DNA of 63,889 nucleotides, counting the filler, from Octopus bimaculoides (Eukaryota), in the NCBI RefSeq assembly GCF_001194135.2. It is 9 parts of 7 records of this genome, joined end to end, with 100 filler letters (N's around TTAATTAATTAA, not from the genome) between each part and the next. Parts side by side here need not be neighbours in the genome. Positions count along the whole stretch, not along the records: positions 51,686 to 56,055 come from NW_026346342.1; positions 56,156 to 60,407 come from NW_026353399.1; positions 60,508 to 63,889 come from NC_068997.1; 6 more parts are not named here. One strand, given 5' to 3'. Both the position numbers and the translations under genes were made by a program. Of this stretch, positions 55,074 to 63,889 are shown piece by piece; the stretch's first letter is position 1; the number at the start of each line of letters is the position of its first letter. Below the pieces are notes generated by a model that did no database searches, had not been told where the DNA came from, and was given only the letters and a program-made list of their open reading frames with translations.

Positions 55074-56155
55074 NNNNNNNNNNNNNNNNNNNNNNNNNNN
55101 NNNNNNNNNNNNNNNNNNNNNNNNNNNNNNNNNNNNNNNNNNNNNNNNNNNNNNNNNNNNNNNNNNNNNNNNNNNNNNNNNNNNNNNNNNNNNNNNNNNN
55201 NNNNNNNNNNNNNNNNNNNNNNNNNNNNNNNNNNNNNNNNNNNNNNNNNNNNNNNNNNNNNNNNNNNNNNNNNNNNNNNNNNNNNNNNNNNNNNNNNNNN
55301 NNNNNNNNNNNNNNNNNNNNNNNNNNNNNNNNNNNNNNNNNNNNNNNNNNNNNNNNNNNNNNNNNNNNNNNNNNNNNNNNNNNNNNNNNNNNNNNNNNNN
55401 NNNNNNNNNNNNNNNNNNNNNNNNNNNNNNNNNNNNNNNNNNNNNNNNNNNNNNNNNNNNNNNNNNNNNNNNNNNNNNNNNNACTTGCCCAAGGTGCCAC
55501 GCAATGGGACTGAATCCGGAACCATATGGTTGAGAAACAAGCCTCTTACCACACAGCAACGCCTGCGGCTAAATATATATGTTCTTTAACTTTTTTTTTT
55601 TACTTGTTTCAGTCATCCGACGGCGGCCATACTTGAGCACCGCCTTTATATATACTTTTAGTTCTTAAAAATTCTTAAAATTTAGAATATTCCTTTCTGT
55701 AGTTTTGATATTGATCGTAAGGTCTTGGCAACGGCGAGAATAGGGATGATGGTAGTGGTGATAAGGGAGAAAGATGAGAGGCTGATAGTCGTGGTAATGA
55801 TACGTATTGTGCAGCTGCAACTGACGATCAGAATAACGATGAAACTGATGTTGACGTTAAATATCTGACCTTTGTTAACTACATACATACATACATACAT
55901 ACATATGTACATACATATGTACATACATATGCACATATATACATACATACATACGTGCGTGTGTGTGTGTTTGTATGTAGGTGTGTGTGATGATTTCGTA
56001 GTAGTGAAAGAATTTGTAAAACACTCGCTAGTATACATACATGCATATATATATANNNNNNNNNNNNNNNNNNNNNNNNNNNNNNNNNNNNNNNNNNNNT
56101 TAATTAATTAANNNNNNNNNNNNNNNNNNNNNNNNNNNNNNNNNNNNNNNNNNNN

Positions 56156-59100
56156 GAACAAAAGCAAGAACAAGAACAAAAACAAGAACAAGAACAAAAG
56201 CAAGATCCAGAACAAAAACAAGAGCAAGACCAAGAACAAAAACAAGAACAAGAAGAAGAACAAGAACAAGAACAAAAACAAGAACAAGAACAAAAACAAG
56301 AACAAAAACAAAAGCAAGAACAAGAAAGAGAATGTGAACAAGAACAAGGACATGAACTAGAACTAGAACAAACAAAAGAACAAAAACAAAAACAAAAACA
56401 AAAACAAAAACAAAAACAAAAACAAAAGCTAGAACAAGAACAAGAACGTGAACAAGAACAAGGACAAGAACAAGAACTAGAACAAACACAAGAACAAGAA
56501 CAAAAACAAAAACAAAAACAAAAACAAAAACAAGAACAAAAGCAAAAACAAGAACAAGAACAAGAACAAGAACAAAAGCAAGAACAAAAACAAAAACAAG
56601 AGCAAGACCAAAAACAAAAACAAGAACAAAACCAGGAACAAAAATAAAAGCAATAACAAGAAGAAGAACGTGAACAAGAACAAAGACAAGAACAAGAACA
56701 AGTACAAATACAAGAACAAAAACAAGAACAAAAACAAAAGCAAGAACAAGAACAAGAACGTGAACAAGAACAAGGACAAGAACAAGAACAAGAACAAACA
56801 CAAGAACAAAAACAAGAACAAGAACAAAAACGAAAACAAGAACAAAAGGAAGAACAAGAACAAAAGCAAGAACAAGAACAAAAGGAAGAACAAGAACAAA
56901 AACAAGAACAAGAACAAAAACAAGAACAAGACCAAGAACAAAAACAAGAACAAAAACAAAAGCAAGAACAAGAACAAGAACGTGAACAAGAACAAGGACA
57001 AGAACAAGAACAAGAACAAACACAAGAACAAAAACAAGACCAAAAACAAAAAAAACAAGAACAAAAGCAAGAACAAGAACAAGAACAAGAACAAGAGCAA
57101 AAGCAAGAACAAGAACAAAAACAAAAAAACAAGAACAAAAGCAAAAACAAGAACAAAAACAAAAACAAGGACAAAAGCAAGAACAAGTACAAAAACAAGA
57201 GCAAGACCAAGAACAAAGACAATAACAACAACAAGAACAAAACAAAAACAAGAACAAGAACAAGAACAAACACAAGAACAAAAACAAGAACAAGAACAAA
57301 AACAAAAACTAGAACAAAAGCAAGAACAAGAACAAAAACAAGAACAAGGACAAAAGCAAGAACAAGAACAAAAACAAGAGCAAGACCAAGAACAAAAACA
57401 AGAATAAAAACAAGAACAAAACAAAAACAAGAACAAGAACAAGAAAAAGAACAAAAACGAGAACAAGAACAAGAACAAAAACAAGAACAAAACAAAAGCA
57501 AGAACAAGAACAAGAACAAAAAGAAGAACAAAAGCAAGAACAAAAACAAGAGCAAGACCAAGAACAAAAACAAGAACAAAAACAAGAACAAAACAAATCA
57601 AGAACAAGAACAAGAACAAGAATACGAACAAAAACACGAACACGAACAAAAACAAGAACAAGAACAAGAACAAGAACAAGAACAAAAACAAGAACAAGAA
57701 CAAAAACAAGAACAAAAACAAAAGCAAGAACCAGAAAGAGAACGTGAACAAGAACAAGGACATGAACAAGAACTAGAACAAACACAAGAACAAAAACAAA
57801 AACAAAAACAAAAACAAAAACAAATACAAGAACAAAAGCAAGAACAACAACAACAACAAGAACAAGAACAAAAGCAAGAACAAGAACAAAAACAAGAGCA
57901 AGACCAAGAACAAAAACAAGAACAAAAACAAGAACAAAAACAAAAGCAAGAACAAGAAGAAGAACGTGAACAAGAACAAGGAGAAGAACAAGAACAAGAA
58001 CAAACACAAGAACAAAAACAAGAACAAACACAAAAGCAAGAACAAGAAGAAGAACGTGAACAAGAACAAGGAGAAGAACAAGAACAAGAACAAAAACAAG
58101 AGCAAGACCAAGAACAAAAACAAGAACAAAAACAAGAACAAAAACAAAAGCAAGAACAAGAACAAGAACAAGAACAACAAAAAGAACAAAAACGATAACA
58201 AAAACAAGAACAAAAACAAAAAGAAGAACATGAACAAGAACAAAAACGAAAACAAGAACAAAAACAAAAACCAGAACAAAAACAAGAACAAGAACAAGAA
58301 CAAGAACAAAAACAAAAACAAGAATAAGAACAAGAACAATGACAAAAACTAGAACAAAATCCAAAACAAGAACAAAAGCAAGAACAAGATCAAAAGTAAG
58401 AACAAGAACAAGAACAAACACAAGAACAAAAACAAAAACCAGAACAAAAACAAGAACAAGAACAAGAACAAGAACAAGAACAAAAACAAGAACAAGAACA
58501 AGAATACGAACAAGAACAATGACAAAAACAAGAACAAAAACCAAAACAAGAACAAAATCCAAAACAGGAACAAGAACAAGAACAAACAAAGAACAAGACC
58601 AAAGGCAAGAACAAAAACAAGAGCAAGAACAAGAACAATGACAAAAGTAAGAAAAAGAACAAAAGAAGAACAAAAACAAAAACAAGAACAAAAACAAGTT
58701 CAAAAACAAGAACAAGAACAAAAACAAGAACAAGAACAAGAACAAGAACAAAAACAAAGACAAAAACAAGAACAAGAACAAAAACAAAAGCAAGAACAAG
58801 AACAAAAGCGAGAACAAGAACAAGAACAAACACAAGAACAAAATCAAAAACAGGAACAAGAACAAGAACAAAAAAGTACAAGAACAAAGGCAAGAACAAG
58901 AACAAGAGCAAGAACAAACACAAGAACAAGAACAAGAACAAAAACAAGAACAAAAACATAAACAAGAATAAGAACAAGAACAAACACAAGAACAAAAACA
59001 AGAACAAGAACAAAAATAAAAGCAACAGCAAGAACGAGAACAATAACAAAAACAAGAACAAACACAAGAACAAAAGCAAGAAAAAGAACAAAACAAGAAC

Positions 59101-60407
59101 AAAAACAAAAACAAGAACAAAAACAAGAACAAAAACTAGAACAAGAACAAAAACAAAAAGAAGAACAAAAACAAAAACAAGAACAAGAAGAAGGACAAGA
59201 ACAAAAAGAAAAACGTGAACAAGAACAAACACAAGAACAAAAACAAGAACAAGAACATGAACAAGAACTAAAACAAGAACAAGAACAAGAATAAAAACAA
59301 GAACAAAGAAAAAACAAGAACAAGAATAAAAACCAGAACAAAAACAAGAACAAGAACAAGAACAAGAACAAGAACAAAAACAAGAACAAGAACAAGAATA
59401 AGAACAAGAACAAAAACAAGAACAAGAACAAAAACAAAAGCAAGAACAAGAACAAAAACCAAAACAAGAACAAAAGCAAGAACAAGAACAAAAGCAAGAA
59501 CAAGAACAAAAACAAACACAAGAACAAAAACAAGAACAAGAACAAAAATAAAAGCAACAGCATGAACAAGAACAAAAACAAAAACAAGAACAAAAAGAAG
59601 AACAAAAACAAAATCAAAAACGTGAACAAGAACAAACACAAGAACAAAAACAAGAACAAGAACTAAAACTAGAAAAAGAACAAGAATAGGAACAAGAACA
59701 AAGACAAAAACAAGAACAAAAACAAAAACCAAAGCAAAAACAAGAACAAGAACAAGAACAAGAACAAGAACAAGAACAAAAACAAGAACAAGAACAAGAA
59801 GAAGAACAATAACAATGACAAAAACAAGAACAAAAACCAAAACAAGAACAAAAGCAAGAATAAGAACAAAAGCAAGAACAAGAACAAGAACAAAAGGAAG
59901 AACAAGAACAAAAACCAAAACAAGAACAAAAGCAAGAACAAGAACAAAAGCAAGAACAAGAACAAGAACAAACACAAGAACAAAATCGAAAACAGGAACA
60001 AGAACAAGAACAAACAAACAAGACCAAAGGCAAGAACAAGAACAAGAGCAAGAACAAGCACAAGAACAAGTACAAGAACAAGAACAAAAACAAGAACAAA
60101 AACATAAACAAGAACAAGAACAAGAACAAACACAAGAACAAAAACAAGAACAAAATTAAAAGCAACAACAAGAACAAGAACAATAACAAAAACAAGAACA
60201 AACACAAGAACAAAAGCAAGAAAAAGAACAAAACAAGAACAAAAACAATAACAAGAACGAAAACAAGAACAAAAACAAAAAGAAGAACAAGAACAAGAAC
60301 AAAGACAGAAACAAAAACAAGAACAAGAACTAAAACAAGAACAAGAACAACAACAACAACAAGAAGTGAATAAGAACAAGAACAATGACAAAAGCAAGAA
60401 CAAAAAA
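56156..60407. repeat. 4.25-kb degenerate hexamer satellite (CAAGAA/CAAAAA)n with higher-order blocks
   Basis: Read directly. The plus strand has very little T. Recurrent diagnostic variant blocks. Bounded by linker gaps on both sides. Confidence 0.95.
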
Positions 60408-60507
60408 NNNNNNNNNNNNNNNNNNNNNNNNNNNNNNNNNNNNNNNNNNNNTTAATTAATTAANNNNNNNNNNNNNNNNNNNNNNNNNNNNNNNNNNNNN
60501 NNNNNNN

Positions 60508-60558
<51 letters not shown>

Positions 60559-61250
60559 GTATATATATATTGCTCTAAAATTCTAATATTTGCTACTAGT
60601 ATATTTTTACCGTTGTAATTTTTTTTCTGTTGTCGATCAAGTACATTTCCAGGACAACTGATATCACTATGGCAATGAAAATATGCAGAATAAAGTGCTG
60701 CATGTAATATGCTTAAAAACAAATATGGTTTTGTAACCATATAGACTTGATTGAATTCGATGTCACTGCGCGTAAGCTTTGAAATGTTTTGTATACTAGC
60801 TTCAGGTCGACTATTGCATTTTAAAACAAAAGTTGGTGAGAGGAAACTAAGTCAAAACTAGTCATATAAATAAATAAAACTATATAAAGGCATGGATTCA
60901 TACGAAGTGAACCCTTACACACACACACATACGCACATATGAAACTTCATGCACGGCCATAACGATGTCAACAATACAACTAAGACGGTCAGCAGCAGCG
61001 GAGGTGCCAACGATGGCAATAACAATAATAACAATTACAGTGATGACAACACCGTGGACGAACATCCGTACACAGAACTCGGAATCTCGGGTCTTAGAAC
61101 AGACACAGCACAATGGGGTGAGAGGATGGGCTGAGGGGAAGGCCACACTGCTGCTAAAATCTATGACACACACACAAACAAACACACGCAAACAAACAAA
61201 CAAGGACACAATCGCATGCGTACATAACTTACTTCTTGCTCCACTTACGT

Positions 61251-61804
61251 CATTCTGAGGTTTAAGACGAAGGATTTGAAAGGATTCACGTAAAATGAAA
61301 AACGGACAACATTAGAAAAACATACGAGGGGGTGCTGAAAAGTTCCTGGCTTTAAGAGTAACGCAATGGCTTGGTTGAAGGCTGTATATTCCGAGTTCTT
61401 TTACACATCAAACCCTCGTATGCTCTTAAATCTTCCACTCAGCCTAGCTTTCATGTCAACGTCGTTACTTGGTTTCTAATGAAGCAATATATATATGCGG
61501 GGGGGGGGTTTACTCATGTTGGTGTTAGACAATTTTCCTGACCAATCTTGTGTTGTGAATTAGTAATTGCTTCATTAGAAACCAAGTAACGACGTTGACA
61601 TGAAAGCTAGGCTGAGTGGAAGATTTAAGAGCATACGAGGAGTTGACGTGTAAAAGAACTCGGAATATAGAGCCTTCAACCAAGCCTTTGCGTTCCTCTT
61701 AAAGCCAGGAACTTTTCTGCACCCCCTCGTATGTTCTTCTAATACTGTCCGCTTTTCATTTTACGTGGATCCTTTCAAATCCTTCGTCTTAGACCTCATG
61801 AATG
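61251..61804. repeat. Long foldback: ~233-bp inverted arms with a 77-bp spacer, each arm containing a 94-bp mini-mariner
   Basis: 61256-61488 versus the reverse complement of 61566-61798: 13 mismatches by manual alignment. TA-CGAGGGGGTGCTGAAAAGTTCCTGGCTTT...CCCTCG-TA at 61325-61418 and its inverted copy at 61636-61729. Confidence 0.92.
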
Positions 61805-62132
61805 TATGAACCCGTGTTTTAGGCCCAATGCGTGCGATCTTTAGATATCATTTTGATTATGGGATTCTATATCCAAAAGCACTACGAGCCAACAAGGGAA
61901 CACCGACGTCGTCACTCAACGTGCAAGAACTCATAGTCAAATGTCCCTCAAATTACACTGTAACATCTTTAAAAATGATCAACAATGCTAATTAGGGGTT
62001 AACTTATAAAAAAAATTTATTCCACCTTTGTGGGTATATCTTACAGAACCGGAGATTATCCAAGGTGATATAACTGAAATATCGTAATACTTACTGTTGT
62101 ACATGTCTAAGGTTAATATATTATATTACACT

Positions 62133-62176
<44 letters not shown>

Positions 62177-62569
62177 CGCTTAGAATTATTATTTTACCTC
62201 GTCTTTCTTTCTCCTAGTCTATTTCGTGAGCTTTAACGTACCTTTTGAGTACCATTCCTCATTATTTGATTTAATTCTTCCTAATTTTGATACAAGGCCA
62301 TCGATTTGGGGAGGAAAATGTTAATCCATACCATTGACCCCAGTATATTTTTTTTCTGCCCTGAAAAGATGAAAGGCGAAGTTGACATCGGCTGGATTTG
62401 GACTCACAAGATAAAATACATCAGAGGTTATTTTTTCTCATGCTCTCATGATTCTGAAAACTTCCCCCTTTTTACACCGAATATAACGCTTATATTTATG
62501 CTATAGTCTCTAAACATCTTTTCCAAAATATTTAAAGAGTTTCTTGACACCCTATTATAATAATAATAT

Positions 62570-62960
62570 TATGGTATACATCGAACATATTATAATATAA
62601 TAAAATATAAAATGACATAACATAATATAGCATAATATAATTTGATGTAATATAATACAATATAATGCAATATAATATTTGTATCATCAACCAAAAATTC
62701 GTGGGCAGCTATCGAATGATATTTCTGATAGAGTTAATGAACTTGCCGTCACCATTCCGGCAGATATCTATCCTCATTATTATAATAATGATATTAGGAC
62801 ATACAGCAAATATAACACGATATAATACAACATAACATAATATAATGTAATATAATATAATACAATATTCTTATCAACCAAAATTATTCGTGGGCAGTCA
62901 TGGGAAGACATAATTTTTATATAGCTAATGAGCATGTCGACACTCTGTTCCGGCGGAAAT
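62570..62960. repeat. (ATAAT/ACAAT)n pentamer tracts alternating with a diverged ~190-bp direct duplication
   Basis: ATCAACCAAAAATTCGTGGGCAG (~62686) and ATCAACCAAAATTATTCGTGGGCAG (~62874), each preceded by pentamer repeats. Confidence 0.7.
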
Positions 62961-63132
62961 CCAGTCACCGTTGTACAAAGGTTAAGTCAACTAATAACCA
63001 AAGCATACAGTACTTATAAACAAGCGTAGTTCTGAGGAATTTTAACAATATACAATGTTCATTTAATGCAATGGAGCAACATTAACACATATTACTATGT
63101 GAAAGCATAAATGTCTCTAATGCTTGCTAATC

Positions 63133-63184
<52 letters not shown>

Positions 63185-63391
63185 TTTTTCTTTTTCTTTT
63201 ACACAGTAACATTAGATAAGTTTTCATGCATATTTAATATTTTAGAAACAATAATTGTTCAGCGTTATAACCACTGATTTATTTATTAATTTCAATTTGA
63301 TCAATAAGTTAAGTAGCAACCTAACTGTTCGGCGCCGGTCTTGTCAGAATGTTAATCGTTATATGGGTATTAGATACACAAACGCATACTA

Positions 63392-63438
<47 letters not shown>

Positions 63439-63799
63439 TATATATATATGCATACATATGTAGATGCGTTTATATAAATGAGTGTGTGAGTGTGTGCTTG
63501 TGTGTATACGTACCTATACCTATGTATGCACGTATGCATGTTTATACGAGTGTATAGATACACCTACAATAAGAGCGATTGTGACAGATATGGTATAGGA
63601 AACCGCGCTAAATTGTAATGTTGAACTATCTCTTTAACGTGATTTAAATTATTTATGATTTAAATACATTTATTTGTTCTGAAATCGGCATGGAATCCTT
63701 CCTAAATGACGTGTACACATCAACGTAATATAGCAACATGTCTCAATGTGTGTATATGCATATATGTGTGTATATATATATATACATATATATATATAT

Positions 63800-63836
<37 letters not shown>

Positions 63837-63889
63837 GGTATATAGAAAGATAGATAGATACGTATATAAATATATACATACATATATAT

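Noticed and set aside
56156-60407. CRISPR-like array
   Set aside because: No constant repeat with unique spacers, no cas genes, and a eukaryotic context.

Overview
AT-rich, microsatellite-saturated eukaryotic draft-assembly sequence with many N gaps. The SINE families and microsatellite density point to a coleoid cephalopod, most likely Octopus (inference, not a database result). No host protein-coding gene could be identified with confidence. Almost all ORFs in the six-frame track are microsatellite, gap or transposon artefacts. Supported content: (1) decayed retroelements, namely four R4/Dong-like RLE-LINE fragments, one Tx1/L1 fragment, one RTE fragment and three Penelope-like ends; (2) DNA transposon relics, namely two mariners, one Tc1, three hAT MITEs with 8-bp TSDs and one piggyBac-type MITE with TTAA TSDs; (3) many tRNA-derived SINEs, some in head-to-tail arrays joined by (ATT)n; (4) a 4.25-kb (CAAGAA/CAAAAA)n satellite; (5) several foldback structures, the best being a ~550-bp inverted repeat at 61251-61804 with a mini-mariner in each arm and perfectly identical inner arms. 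Eight 100-bp gaps carry an artificial TTAATTAATTAA linker. A few isolated splice-site-flanked segments may be exons of a long-intron plus-strand gene, but this is weak. I found no convincing novel multi-gene system. The hairpins and the (TAA)n-centred retroelement clusters are the best leads.
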